Shown here: piece after piece, positions 1 to 10,147 of the stretch
How positions within the stretch are numbered: position 1 is the first letter of the stretch
Layout: each line of letters opens with the position of its first letter
From: an uncultured Spirochaetota bacterium
Lineage (GTDB): Bacteria > Spirochaetota > UBA4802 > UBA5550
Assembly (NCBI GenBank): GCA_963827275.1
Contig: CAWHAA010000005.1
Coordinates: 672,001 to 736,000 of the forward strand
Reading direction: 5' to 3'
DNA: 64,000 nt
The notes under the pieces: model-generated
What the model saw: only the letters and a program-made list of their open reading frames with translations
Told to the model about the DNA's origin: nothing
Database searches by the model: none
Translations under genes and position numbers: made by a program

Positions 1-1007
1 CCGTTCTTGATATTGCATTCTTCATCCATCATCTGCGAAAGGGTGTGGCAGAGGAGGTCCCGGGTCCGGGAATCAATGATCCCGGCGTACCCGTGCTCGC
101 TGCCGGTGAGGGCCCGTGCGTGGCGGAGCACCATCGCCGACATCTCCTCGATCGCGATTCCCGGCCTGATCATGAACTCCGAAAGGTCCGCGAGCGCGGC
201 GTTCACGGACAGCTCCCACTGTAGATTTTCCTCCAGCATTTTACGCCGGGATATGTCCCGCACGATTCCCAGGAGGTGCTTCGGCTGGCCCGCCTCGTCG
301 CGGATGACCGTAAGGGTAAGGTCGATCGGGAAGACCGTGCCGTCCCTCCGCATTGACTTGTATTCGGTGGTCTGCTGGGCGTCGGCCTTGATGTTTTTCC
401 TCAGGTTGCGCTTCGCGCGTTCCCGCTCCTCCTCCGAAAAAAGCGAGAACACCGTGACCCCCGACGATTTCATCTCCTCGAAGCTTTCAAAGCCGTACAT
501 GGCGAGGAACTTCCTGTTCGCCATCAGGAAATTCATGTCAAGGTCGGTGAGCGCGATGCCGTCCGGTGAAATCTCGACGAGGGTGCGGTAGCGCACCTCG
601 CTGTCGCGCAGTTTTTTCTCCAGTCCGCTCCTCTGCAGGGCGGTCTCGATGGTCGTGTACAGGTCGTCGGTGCCCACCGGCTTGACCAGGTACCCGTGCG
701 GGTGGGTCTCGAGGGCCCTCCGGAACATGTCCGGCGAGCTGTAGGCGGTGAAATAGATCACCGGTATGTCCATCGTTTTCTTGATCTGCCTGACCGCTTC
801 TATCCCGTTCATTTCTCCTTCGAGGGTGATGTCCGCGATGATCAGGTCCGGTTCAAGCTCCACCGCCTTTTCCACCGCCTCGGCGCCCGAGGAGAGCGGG
901 TCATACACCTCGTAGCCGATCCGGCGCAGGGTGTTGCGGATATCGAGCGCGGTAAGGCGGTCGTCTTCGACGATCATGATGCGGGCGTTGGTCAGGCGTT
1001 CTTTCAT
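1..1007 (-). CDS. Receiver-PAS-(GAF) signalling protein, probably a hybrid kinase or cyclase; 3' end beyond the window
   Basis: Manual translation from the ATG at 1007 (GGAGGAG upstream): MKERLTNARIMIVEDD...DLIIADITL...YLVKP (REC), then RYRTLVEISPDGI...RRDGTVFPIDL...GIVRDIS (PAS/PAC), then a GAF-like segment. Absent from the ORF track because it is open at the edge. Confidence 0.85.
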   Translation of the reverse strand, partial: MKERLTNARIMIVEDDRLTALDIRNTLRRIGYEVYDPLSSGAEAVEKAVELEPDLIIADITLEGEMNGIEAVRQIKKTMDIPVIYFTAYSSPDMFRRALETHPHGYLVKPVGTDDLYTTIETALQRSGLEKKLRDSEVRYRTLVEISPDGIALTDLDMNFLMANRKFLAMYGFESFEEMKSSGVTVFSLFSEEERERAKRNLRKNIKADAQQTTEYKSMRRDGTVFPIDLTLTVIRDEAGQPKHLLGIVRDISRRKMLEENLQWELSVNAALADLSEFMIRPGIAIEEMSAMVLRHARALTGSEHGYAGIIDSRTRDLLCHTLSQMMDEECNIKN

Positions 1008-1023
1008 GATGATCTCCTCCCGG

Positions 1024-2694
1024 TCAGGGACGGAACCGCTGGGCGATGGGGATCCTGCGCCCCACGCCGAAAGCCTTCGCGGTCACCTTTATCCCGGGGG
1101 CGGCCTGGCGCCGCTTGTACTCGTTGATGTTCACGGTGTGAAGCACCTTTCGCACCAGCTCCTCCGGGAAACCGTGGGCCACGATCTCGCCGACCGAATG
1201 GCGGTCCTCGATGTAGAGCTCGAGGATCCGGTCGAGGACCTCGTACGGCGGGAGGGTGTCCTGGTCCTTCTGGTTGGGCCGCAGCTCGGCCGAAGGCGGC
1301 TTGGTGATGGAGTCGGCGGGAATGATCTCGCGGTCGGCATTGATGTGCCGCGACAGCTCGTAGACCAGCGTCTTCGGCAGGTCCGATATGACGGCAAGCC
1401 CGCCCGACATGTCGCCGTAGAGGGTGCAGTATCCCATCGCCAGCTCCGACTTGTTCCCTGTCGAGAGGACCAGGCTCCGTTCCTTGTTGCTCACCGCCAT
1501 GAGGATGTTGCCCCGGATGCGGGCCTGGATATTCTCCTCGGTCACGTCCTCCGGCCGGTCGCCGAAGAGCGCCTTCAGGTCCTGGCGGTACCGGTCATGG
1601 AGCGCCCCGATGGGCACGGTCTCGAAGCGGATCCCGAGGTTCTCCGCGAGTATCCGCGAGTCATCCACGCTGCCGGTCGATGAATACACCGAGGGCATGG
1701 TGATGCCGGTGACGTTCTCCGGCCCCAGGGCCTGGGCCGCCAGCGCCGCGGTGAGGGCGGAATCGATACCGCCGGAGAGGCCGATCACCACGCTTGTAAA
1801 CCCGCACTTGCGCACGTAGTCGCGGATACCCAGGACGAGGGCCCGGCGTATGTCCTCGATTTCATTGTCCGTTATGATGACCTCGCTCCCGGAGGAGAGG
1901 TCGACGACGGCAAGGTCCTCATCAAAGGGCCGGGCGCGGCCGATCACCCTCCCGGCGGCGTTGACCGCGATGCTGTTGCCGTCAAAGACGAGGCTGTCGT
2001 TGCCGCCCACCTGGTTCACGTACACCACGGGGAGGGCGTGCTTCCTCGCCACTGCCGAGAGCATCGCGCGCTTGTACCGGTTTTTGCCCCGGGTGAAGGG
2101 GGACGCGGAGATGTTCACGATGAGGTCCGCCCCGCGCTCAACGATGTCCCTGACCGGGTTGACGTCGTAGCTCCTGGTGTAATCGAACCGCTCGCCGCCG
2201 TCAGCCCCCGCGGCCTTCTCTTCGTCAAGGCTCAGGTCGTTCCATATGTCCTCGCAGATGGTGATGCCGATCCTGCGGCCGCGAAACTCGACGACCGTGT
2301 GCTCCCGCCCGGGCGAAAAGTACCGGCGCTCGTCGAAAACGTCGTAGGTCGGGAGCAGGGACTTGTAATTGCGCGCCGTGATCTTCCCGTCTGTCATGAA
2401 CGCGGCGGCGTTATAGAGCAGCGGATAATTGTGAGGGTCGATGTCCACGAAGCCGCAGAGCACCGCCATCCCCCGGCTGTGGCCGGCGATCTCTTCAATC
2501 AATGCGAGGTTGTCGTCTATGAGCTTCCTGCTCTCAAGGAGGTCCATCGGCGGATACCCGATGGTGGCCATTTCAGGAAAGATGACCATATCAGCCCCCC
2601 CGGCCCTGGCGGTTTTTATTGAAGAGATAATCTTGTCCCTGTTGCCCGCAATATCAGCTATGGTCGGGTTAATCTGGGCCATGGCAATTTTCAT
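1024..2694 (-). CDS. nadE: Glutamine-dependent NAD+ synthetase
   Basis: N-terminal nitrilase domain (FPEM, ICEDIW) plus GLSGGIDS, ENIQARIRG, TGNKSE and PPSAEL motifs. Confidence 0.95.
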   Translation of the reverse strand: MKIAMAQINPTIADIAGNRDKIISSIKTARAGGADMVIFPEMATIGYPPMDLLESRKLIDDNLALIEEIAGHSRGMAVLCGFVDIDPHNYPLLYNAAAFMTDGKITARNYKSLLPTYDVFDERRYFSPGREHTVVEFRGRRIGITICEDIWNDLSLDEEKAAGADGGERFDYTRSYDVNPVRDIVERGADLIVNISASPFTRGKNRYKRAMLSAVARKHALPVVYVNQVGGNDSLVFDGNSIAVNAAGRVIGRARPFDEDLAVVDLSSGSEVIITDNEIEDIRRALVLGIRDYVRKCGFTSVVIGLSGGIDSALTAALAAQALGPENVTGITMPSVYSSTGSVDDSRILAENLGIRFETVPIGALHDRYRQDLKALFGDRPEDVTEENIQARIRGNILMAVSNKERSLVLSTGNKSELAMGYCTLYGDMSGGLAVISDLPKTLVYELSRHINADREIIPADSITKPPSAELRPNQKDQDTLPPYEVLDRILELYIEDRHSVGEIVAHGFPEELVRKVLHTVNINEYKRRQAAPGIKVTAKAFGVGRRIPIAQRFRP

Positions 2695-2979
2695 AGTTGG
2701 ATCCCTCGATGAAATTCCTTTTCGATGATAAATTTTATCCTTTTTTAATCAATTATTATTTTACCGTATCTGGACTTTTTGATTTTTATGTTCAGATTTT
2801 TTTTAGTGCTCCAATACGGCCTGAAATTCAATGGATACCCCGATTTTTTAAAGCACTATATAATGTCCGGAAAAAAAATAAGGGTGTCAGAGTAAATTAT
2901 TGCTGTTAATCATTGACATTTTTCCATGCCGCCGTACCTTGATTTTGTAACCCGTACAACGTTCCAGGGTCTTTAGTTA

Positions 2980-3612
2980 ATGGATGCTTATTATATCCCC
3001 ACGGTTTTTTTTACTCTTTTTTTTGTGGTAGATCCCCTGGGACTCATCCCGGTGTTTCTTCTCTATCTGGGAGGGTTTCAGGACCGCAAAAGAAGAGTGA
3101 TGATAATACGGTCAATTTTGATTTCAATAGCGGTGTCCGTATTTTTCATCATCCTGGGCAGATACCTGCTCAGGTTTCTGGGGATTTCAACAGGATCCTT
3201 CCTGGTTGCAGGAGGGATCCTGCTTTTTATTATCGCCATGGAGATGCTCCTCGGCCAGGTCTCGCGGGTCAAGATGAGAAACATCGGCGACCGCGACCAG
3301 CCGGACGAGGAACGGGACGTGTCCGTGTTCCCCCTGGCGATCCCGATGCTCTGCGGCCCGGGGAACATCGCCGCGCTGGTCATGTTCAGCACGCAGGCGG
3401 AAGGCGATCTCCTGAAGCTCGGCCTGATCGTCCTCATCTCAACGGCGGTGTTCCTGATCGCCATGGCCGTGATGTTCTTCTCGCATCGCATCGGCGCCGT
3501 CCTGGGAAGCACCGGCATCTCCATCATCCAGAAATTGATGGGCCTGATCCTGTCGGCCATGTCGGTGCAGTTCATCAGGAACGGGTTATACGAGCTCGGA
3601 ATTTTTAAATGA
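2980..3612 (+). CDS. MarC family integral membrane protein
   Basis: VDPLG and VFPLAIPMLCGPG motifs; ~6 hydrophobic segments. Confidence 0.9.
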   Translation: MDAYYIPTVFFTLFFVVDPLGLIPVFLLYLGGFQDRKRRVMIIRSILISIAVSVFFIILGRYLLRFLGISTGSFLVAGGILLFIIAMEMLLGQVSRVKMRNIGDRDQPDEERDVSVFPLAIPMLCGPGNIAALVMFSTQAEGDLLKLGLIVLISTAVFLIAMAVMFFSHRIGAVLGSTGISIIQKLMGLILSAMSVQFIRNGLYELGIFK

Positions 3613-5273
3613 CACAGGGAACGACGCGTTTAACATATACATTGTTTCTCTATCTAGCCTTCACGCTCATCATCCTCGTGTATGCCGCTGCCAGGGCCGT
3701 TGACGATTTCAACTATCTTTCCAATTTCGGCCCCCTGAAATCGCGGCTGACCGGGTACCTGTCCGGGCGCATCGGGACGGATGTCACGGTAGAAAAGGTC
3801 CATGCAACAATCCTGCCCCGGCCCGGCATCGCCTTCACGGACGTGAAGATCGGCCGTCCGGAAGGGTTCCATGCTTCGGCAGAGGGGATACTGCTGGTCT
3901 TTTCCCCCCGTCAAAAATTATCAGGCGGGGACTGGCTTGCCCGCATCAGCCTGCGCCGTCTCCGGTTCGCCGTCCGGATCGACGACGCGACGGGCGCCGC
4001 TCCCCTCCCCCGTTTTTCCCTTCCGGAGATTGAACTGGAAGACCCGTCTGTAACCATACAGACCAGGGAGAACACCATTGCGCTGGAAGGTCCGCTGACC
4101 GGGCATGTCCGGGTCGTGTCCGGCAACACCCTCTCCCTTGTCGGGAGCCTTGATTTCAACAGGACCGGCATCAGGTACAACGACACTGCTGTGGAACTGG
4201 ATGGCCCCGTCATGATGAACGGCAACAGCCTGTCATCGCCCGGTCTTGACATTATATCAGGAGGCCTCTGGGTATCCGCGCAGGGGAACTATTCATGGAA
4301 GGAAGGCAGGTCGTTCGCCGGCAGTGTCCGCATCAAGGGGCTGACGGTTGAAACAAAAAGCGGCGGGAACCCCGTCCTCGACGCCATCCTGGACAAACTC
4401 AACGGCAGCGCGGACCTCACCCTTGCCGGCATGACGCTCTTCGGCATACCGCTGGACACGGTCACCGCCAGGGCGGTCGCGACTAACGGCACCGTGGTCC
4501 TTAACGATCTGCGGACCGATGGCGGCGTTCTCTCCGGCAGCGGGACCGTGACCCTTGCCCCGAAGCGGCCCGCGCTCTTTGACGTCACATTCACGCTCCG
4601 CAATTATGACATCATGAAGCTCCTGGGGCCGGTCTCCTCGGGCAGCACACTGATTCGCGGCACGATGGACCTCGGCGGCAGGGTGTGGGGCACCGGCGGA
4701 TCAATCAACGGCGATGTTCATTTCTCTTCATTCAACGGACGGCTCATGAAGTTCGGGCCCCTGTTCAAGATCTTCACCACAGTCAATTTTCACAGGATGA
4801 TTCTGAAAAAGCACCCTGACTACAGGAGCCGGGGGTTCCCGTACAATTCGATCATTTCACAGTTCACCATCAGGGACAACACCGTTTCTTTTGACCGTTT
4901 CTATCTTGACAGCGATTCTCTCCAGGTTTCCGCGTCCGGCACCTATTCGATGCAATCACACGCCGTTAATGCGCTCCTGGGGGTCCGGCCCCTGGACCTG
5001 ATAGACCGGACAGTGGGCATGATCCCCGTCCTGGGATGGATCGTGGAAGGCAAGGAGAACGCGGCCGTCATCATGTATTTCCGCATGTCCGGGGACATCA
5101 AGGACCCGGGCGTCCTGCCGGCCCCGATGCAGAATATTACCAGGGGCATCGGCGGCGTTATATTGCGCACGCTCATGCTGCCGTATACGATCTTTACGAA
5201 ACCGTGGAACCTGATCCCCGCATTGCAGTACAACCGGCAGACAGGGGCCAAGACCCCTGAAAAAATGCGATAA
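3609..5273 (+). CDS. AsmA/YhdP-like protein with an AsmA-like C-terminal region
   Basis: N-terminal TM anchor, repetitive beta-rich body, C-terminal GFPYNSI...IPVLGWI...YFRMSGDIKDP pattern. Confidence 0.7.
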   Translation: MTQGTTRLTYTLFLYLAFTLIILVYAAARAVDDFNYLSNFGPLKSRLTGYLSGRIGTDVTVEKVHATILPRPGIAFTDVKIGRPEGFHASAEGILLVFSPRQKLSGGDWLARISLRRLRFAVRIDDATGAAPLPRFSLPEIELEDPSVTIQTRENTIALEGPLTGHVRVVSGNTLSLVGSLDFNRTGIRYNDTAVELDGPVMMNGNSLSSPGLDIISGGLWVSAQGNYSWKEGRSFAGSVRIKGLTVETKSGGNPVLDAILDKLNGSADLTLAGMTLFGIPLDTVTARAVATNGTVVLNDLRTDGGVLSGSGTVTLAPKRPALFDVTFTLRNYDIMKLLGPVSSGSTLIRGTMDLGGRVWGTGGSINGDVHFSSFNGRLMKFGPLFKIFTTVNFHRMILKKHPDYRSRGFPYNSIISQFTIRDNTVSFDRFYLDSDSLQVSASGTYSMQSHAVNALLGVRPLDLIDRTVGMIPVLGWIVEGKENAAVIMYFRMSGDIKDPGVLPAPMQNITRGIGGVILRTLMLPYTIFTKPWNLIPALQYNRQTGAKTPEKMR

Positions 5274-5364
5274 TTTCGTCCTCCCGTGCCGAAATCACAC
5301 ATATATTTTCTTCTCATTTAAGAATTTTTGTTGAAATAAATATACCCCCTGTGACTATTGGTTC

Positions 5365-5428
5365 ACCTTTCTGCTGAAAGCGGGCGCTCTCAACGCCGGA
5401 CATTTCAGCACTATACCAGAGGGAGGAG
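5365..5428 (+). promoter_or_regulatory. Putative rpsF leader (S6:S18-binding mRNA element)
   Basis: Hairpin TGCTGAAA (5372-5379) / TTTCAGCA (5403-5410), followed by a CC-containing segment and the AGAGGGAGGAG Shine-Dalgarno region, which can pair with CCTTTCT; directly 5' of rpsF. Confidence 0.5.
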
Positions 5429-5436
5429 CATATCAT

Positions 5437-5724
5437 ATGGTTACGTATGAGCTTACGGTCATTCTCAGAAACAAGGAAATCGAGTCCCTTCTCGAAAAGA
5501 CGAAGGAGATTCTCGCGAAACACGGCACAACGATCCTGAGCGATAATTCGCTGGGCGTAAAACGGCTGGCATACCAGATCGACGGCGAGAGCGAGGGCTA
5601 TTACCTCTTCATGAACGTTGATATCCCGGGCGAATCAGTCAAAAAGATCATCAGCGAATTCAGGCTGAACAGCGACATTCTCAGGTACATGTTCATTAAA
5701 TCCAAAAAAGCGGCTTCCGCTTAA
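5437..5724 (+). CDS. rpsF: 30S ribosomal protein S6
   Basis: YELTVIL...GVKRLAYQI...GYY...ILRYM; operon context. Confidence 0.96.
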   Translation: MVTYELTVILRNKEIESLLEKTKEILAKHGTTILSDNSLGVKRLAYQIDGESEGYYLFMNVDIPGESVKKIISEFRLNSDILRYMFIKSKKAASA

Positions 5725-5738
5725 ACAAGGAGGCACGT

Positions 5739-6170
5739 ATGGCCAGTGACCTGAACAAGGCGATAATCATCGGGCGCCTCACCAAGGACCCCGACCTTCG
5801 CTACACCCAGAGCGGTACGCCGGTGTGCAGCTTTTCCGTTGCGAACAACAGGACCTACGTTGCGGCAGGGGAGAAAAAGGAGACGGTTTCCTACTTTAAC
5901 TGCGTCGCATGGGCAAAGACCGGCGAGGTCATTGCGGAATACTGCAAGAAGGGACAGCGGATCGGCATCGAGGGGCGCCTGCAGCAGCGTTCGTGGGACG
6001 ACCAGGAGGGAAAGAAGCGCCAGACGGTGGAGATCGTCGTCGACAACTTCCAGTTCCTGTCGCCCCCGCGGGAGAGCAGCGCGGAACCCGCCGCAGACGC
6101 GCCCTCCTCGTCGCACGAGCCGTCTCCGGGAACGGACAACCCGTTCTCAGATGACGATATTCCGTTTTAA
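5739..6170 (+). CDS. ssb: Single-stranded DNA-binding protein
   Basis: LNKAIIIGRLTKDPDLRYT OB fold; C-terminal DDDIPF. Confidence 0.97.
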   Translation: MASDLNKAIIIGRLTKDPDLRYTQSGTPVCSFSVANNRTYVAAGEKKETVSYFNCVAWAKTGEVIAEYCKKGQRIGIEGRLQQRSWDDQEGKKRQTVEIVVDNFQFLSPPRESSAEPAADAPSSSHEPSPGTDNPFSDDDIPF

Positions 6171-6216
6171 GGCGTTTGAAACAATCAACCATATTCATAG
6201 CTGAGAGGAGAACATC

Positions 6217-6636
6217 ATGTCTGATCCAATAAATAACGAAACACCAGAAGCGAAAGCCCCGGAAGTCGCCGCTGAGCCGGCGCCGCAGCAGGCGGCCGAG
6301 CGTCCGGCCGAGCGCCCGGCCGCACCGTCCGAACGCCCCGCGCGTCCCGACAGGCCGCGCGGCAGGGGCCGCTTCGGCGATTCCGACCGGGAATCCGGCC
6401 CGTCCGAGGGCGGGATGCGGGTCCCCCGTTTCAAGAGAAAGGTATGCATATTCTGCCAGGACAAGAACGCCGGCGCCGACTACAAGCGGGCGGACGTCCT
6501 TGAGCGGTTTATCACCGACCGGGGCAAGATTCTGCCACGGCGCGTTACCGGCACCTGTTCCAAGCACCAGCGCCTCGTCGCCAGGGAAATCAAGCGGGCG
6601 CGGGCGATTGCCCTGCTGCCGTTTGTCGAGCAATAA
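6217..6636 (+). CDS. rpsR: 30S ribosomal protein S18 with a long N-terminal extension
   Basis: CIFC...DYK...[22 protein letters not shown]...[12 protein letters not shown]. Confidence 0.95.
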   Translation: MSDPINNETPEAKAPEVAAEPAPQQAAERPAERPAAPSERPARPDRPRGRGRFGDSDRESGPSEGGMRVPRFKRKVCIFCQDKNAGADYKRADVLERFITDRGKILPRRVTGTCSKHQRLVAREIKRARAIALLPFVEQ

Positions 6637-6641
6637 GCTCC

Positions 6642-7517
6642 GTGATCGCGGTTCTCGCGGCGGTTGCAGGCGGGCTGATGCTGACGGTCGGCTCGGCGTT
6701 CATGTACTACCGGCTGGAGTGGAAGGCCATCGTTATATGCGCGGTGCTGGTCCTGGTCTCCCTGGCGGTTTCCGGGAGGGCACTGGACGCACCCCTGCTG
6801 GCCATGCCGTTCCTGATAGGATGCACCGCCGGGTATGCATTAAAAAGGGGAAAGACTTTCGGGTTTTACCTTGTAATAGTATCCTGTTCCCTCACGGTGA
6901 TCTTCACCGGCTTCTTTTATTACATGATGGTCTACCAGAACGTGGATTTCATCGGGATGCTGAGGGAAGAGATGGTTAAATTCCTGACCACGGCCGGGGC
7001 GCCGGACGACATCAGGAACCAGATGCTGTCAGAGTTCGACGGCTCACGGGACGACATAGTGGCGCGGGTGCCCTTTTCGGCCTTTTTAAATTCGATGCTT
7101 CTGGCTTCGGTCGGCTACCACCTGATACGGTGGGCCCTGTCCCGGGCGGGCCTGGAGGTCCGGGGCCCGGGACTCGAATCGTTCCGTCTGAACGATTATT
7201 TTATTTTCGCGCTGATAGCCGGACTGGCGGTCTTTTTACTGATTGACAAAACCGATTATCCGGTACTTCATAGCGGCGGTTCAAACGCCGTGTTCATGGC
7301 GGCGCTCCTCTACTTCGTGCAGGGGCTCGGCGTGATCAAGTTCATCTTGATGAAGCGGGGCATCCCCGGGTATGTGCTGCCCCTGGCGGTATCGGCCATC
7401 CTGATCGCGGGGATATGGATTGCGCTCTTCCTGTTTATCCTCCTCGCGGGATTCGGGGCGCTTGATGTGTGGGCGGACTTCAGGAAGCTTTTAAGCAGGA
7501 ACGAGCCTGAAAGCTGA
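6642..7517 (+). CDS. YybS/DUF2232 family membrane protein
   Basis: Multi-TM; YFVQGLGV and GALDVWADFRK motifs; typical position between rpsR and rplI. Confidence 0.8.
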   Translation: MIAVLAAVAGGLMLTVGSAFMYYRLEWKAIVICAVLVLVSLAVSGRALDAPLLAMPFLIGCTAGYALKRGKTFGFYLVIVSCSLTVIFTGFFYYMMVYQNVDFIGMLREEMVKFLTTAGAPDDIRNQMLSEFDGSRDDIVARVPFSAFLNSMLLASVGYHLIRWALSRAGLEVRGPGLESFRLNDYFIFALIAGLAVFLLIDKTDYPVLHSGGSNAVFMAALLYFVQGLGVIKFILMKRGIPGYVLPLAVSAILIAGIWIALFLFILLAGFGALDVWADFRKLLSRNEPES

Positions 7518-7550
7518 AATCAATAATTTTCAATATACAAGGAGCTGGCG

Positions 7551-7994
7551 ATGAAAGTCATATTACAGAAAGACGTGCCGAATCTCGGCGATGCCGGTGA
7601 TATAAAGGAAGTCTCGGACGGGTACGCGAGGAACTACCTCCTCCCCAGGAAGCTGGTAATCGTTTCCAACGAGTCCAGCAAGCGGGCGACCGAGCACCAG
7701 ATGAAGCTCGTCAAGATCAAGAAAGAAAAACGGAAAAAGCAGAGCGAAAAAGTCGCCGAGGGCATGGCCGGTCTCGAGCTTACGATCGGGGTCCAGGTGG
7801 GCGAAGAGGGGAAGCTCTTCGGCTCTGTCACCGCGATGGACATTTCAAAGAAGCTGAAGGAAAAGGGCTTCGAGATCGACAAGCGCAAAATCATCATCGA
7901 GACCCCCATCAAGCAGGAAGGGGAATACACCGTCAAGATAAAGCTGGATGAGGGGCAGACCCCGTCGATAAAGGTCATCGTCGGAAAGGAGTAA
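7551..7994 (+). CDS. rplI: 50S ribosomal protein L9
   Basis: MKVILQKDVPNLG...GYARNYLLP...GKLFGSVT. Confidence 0.97.
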   Translation: MKVILQKDVPNLGDAGDIKEVSDGYARNYLLPRKLVIVSNESSKRATEHQMKLVKIKKEKRKKQSEKVAEGMAGLELTIGVQVGEEGKLFGSVTAMDISKKLKEKGFEIDKRKIIIETPIKQEGEYTVKIKLDEGQTPSIKVIVGKE

Positions 7995-7997
7995 TTC

Positions 7998-9362
7998 ATG
8001 CTCTCCGATAAGCTTCCCCCCCAGGACGTCGAGACCGAAGTCGCATGCCTCGCGTCGGTGCTCCTGAGCAGGGAAGCGCTTTACAAGGTGATAGAAATCC
8101 TCCAGCCGGAGGATTTCTATCTGGACAAGCACCGCATCATCTTCGGCGCGGTGACGGAACTCCTCCAGAAGGACCTCCCCGTAGACCTTACCACAATGAA
8201 ACAGCGCCTGGTCGACCACGGCCAGTTCGACAGGATCGGCGGCGATACCGCCCTCGTCGAGCTGTACCGGGCCGTCTCCACCTCCGCCAATGCTGAATTC
8301 TATGCGCGGCGGATCAAGGAGCTCTCGCTCCGGCGGCGCCTCATCGAGGTCTGCACCGAGTCGGTTGAAAAATGCTACGAAATGTCGCTCGAGACCGAAG
8401 AGCTGGTAGACCAGATAGAAAAGGACATCTTCAACATCACCGAGAAGCGCATCACCGCCGACTTCAAACCGATCGACGAGGTGATGCAGGAGACCATGAA
8501 CAACATCGGGAAATGGTACGACACCAAGCGTATCGTTACCGGCGTCGGCTCCGGGTTCCGCAAGCTCGACGAGATGCTCACCGGGTTCCACGCGGCCGAG
8601 CTCATCATCATCGCGGCCCGCCCCGGCATGGGCAAGACGGCCCTGGCGCTGAACATCGTCAACCACGTCGCGCTGAAGGAAAAGAAGCCGGTCCTCTTCT
8701 TCTCGCTCGAGATGCCCGCCACACAGCTGGGCATGCGGATGCTCTGCATCGATTCCATGATAGACTCGCAGCTGGTCAGGACCGGCTACATCAAGTCAGA
8801 GGACATGCACCGGCTCATCGAGACATCGAGCAAGCTCTCGAAGGTGTCCGTGTTCATTGATGATTCCCCCTCGTCCACCGTGTTGCAGATGCGGGCCAAG
8901 GCCCGGCGCCTCGCGCAGAAGAACAAGGACCTCGGCATCATCGTGGTGGACTACCTCCAGCTCATCACCGGCACCAACCCGAGGGTTGACCGCCACCTGC
9001 AGATCGCCGAGATATCGCGCTTTCTGAAACAGCTGGCGCGCGACCTCGAGGTGCCGGTCATCGCCCTCTCCCAGCTTTCGCGGCAGGTGGAGCACCGGAC
9101 CGACCAGCGCCCCACCCTCGCGGACCTGCGCGAATCGGGCGCCATCGAGCAGGACGCCGACGTCGTCATGTTCATATACCGCGAGGACAAGGTGAAGAAG
9201 GATAGCGAGCGGCGGGGGGTCGCCGACATCATCGTCGCCAAGCAGCGCAACGGCCCTGTCGGCGAGGTACCCCTCAGGTTCTGGGAAAAGCACACCCGCT
9301 TCGGCGATCTCGAAGAGATCCACGATTACGAGCCAACGGGCCCCGACTATGACGTACAATAG
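7998..9362 (+). CDS. dnaB: Replicative DNA helicase
   Basis: ARPGMGKT, FSLEM, VVDYLQL, LSQLSR, LRESGAIEQDAD, KQRNGP. Confidence 0.97.
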   Translation: MLSDKLPPQDVETEVACLASVLLSREALYKVIEILQPEDFYLDKHRIIFGAVTELLQKDLPVDLTTMKQRLVDHGQFDRIGGDTALVELYRAVSTSANAEFYARRIKELSLRRRLIEVCTESVEKCYEMSLETEELVDQIEKDIFNITEKRITADFKPIDEVMQETMNNIGKWYDTKRIVTGVGSGFRKLDEMLTGFHAAELIIIAARPGMGKTALALNIVNHVALKEKKPVLFFSLEMPATQLGMRMLCIDSMIDSQLVRTGYIKSEDMHRLIETSSKLSKVSVFIDDSPSSTVLQMRAKARRLAQKNKDLGIIVVDYLQLITGTNPRVDRHLQIAEISRFLKQLARDLEVPVIALSQLSRQVEHRTDQRPTLADLRESGAIEQDADVVMFIYREDKVKKDSERRGVADIIVAKQRNGPVGEVPLRFWEKHTRFGDLEEIHDYEPTGPDYDVQ

Positions 9363-10128
9363 GTTCATGGCCACAACGCTTGCCGCCTTCGAGGGCATCG
9401 GGGGCTATGGCGTGTTTTTCCGCGAGACCGTCCGCTGGATGTTCCGCCCGCCCTTCGACGGGAAGAACGTCCTCCTCCAGATGCTCGAGATCGGCTACAA
9501 GTCGATCCCGGTAACGACCATCACCCTCTTCTTCACCGGCATGGTCATGGCGCTCCAGCTCGGCCGCGTCATGGACTCCATCATCTCCGGCTCGTCGATA
9601 TTCATCGGCAGCGGCGTCACCATCTCGATGTTCCGCGAGCTCTGCCCCGTGCTCACCGCCCTCCTGCTCGCCGGCAGGGTGGGCTCCTCCATCGCCGCCG
9701 AGATCGGGACCATGAAGGTGACCGAGCAGATCGACGCGCTCAGGACGCTCTCGGCGGAGCCGGTGCAGTACCTCTCGGTGCCGCGCTTCATCGCCTGCAT
9801 GGTGATGACACCGGCGCTCACCATCATCACCGACATCGTCGGCGTGCTGGGCGGCGCCTTCATCGCGTTCTTCTCCCTCGGCATCACCGTCGACAAGTAC
9901 GTGGACAACATCCTCCAGTATACGAACCTGGGTGATTTCACCACCGGACTCGTGAAATCGCTCTTCTTCGGCATGGAGATCGCCATCATATCCTGCTACC
10001 AGGGGTTCAAAACGTCGGGGGGCGCCGAGGGCGTGGGCAAGGCAACCATCCAGGCGGTGGTAAAATCATCGATGGCGATACTCATATCCGATTATTTCCT
10101 GACCTATCTCATAGGCTTGATCGAGTAG
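9349..10128 (+). CDS. mlaE: MlaE-family ABC transporter permease
   Basis: REL.PVLTALLLAGRVGSSIAAEIGTMKVTEQIDAL and GGAEGVGKAT motifs. Confidence 0.9.
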   Translation: MTYNRFMATTLAAFEGIGGYGVFFRETVRWMFRPPFDGKNVLLQMLEIGYKSIPVTTITLFFTGMVMALQLGRVMDSIISGSSIFIGSGVTISMFRELCPVLTALLLAGRVGSSIAAEIGTMKVTEQIDALRTLSAEPVQYLSVPRFIACMVMTPALTIITDIVGVLGGAFIAFFSLGITVDKYVDNILQYTNLGDFTTGLVKSLFFGMEIAIISCYQGFKTSGGAEGVGKATIQAVVKSSMAILISDYFLTYLIGLIE

Positions 10129-10147
10129 GCGGCGCGGGGTGCCATCA

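Noticed and set aside
2882..2896. GGGTGTCAGAGTAAA as a further copy of the island repeat
   Set aside because: Single imperfect head with no palindromic core; may be chance.
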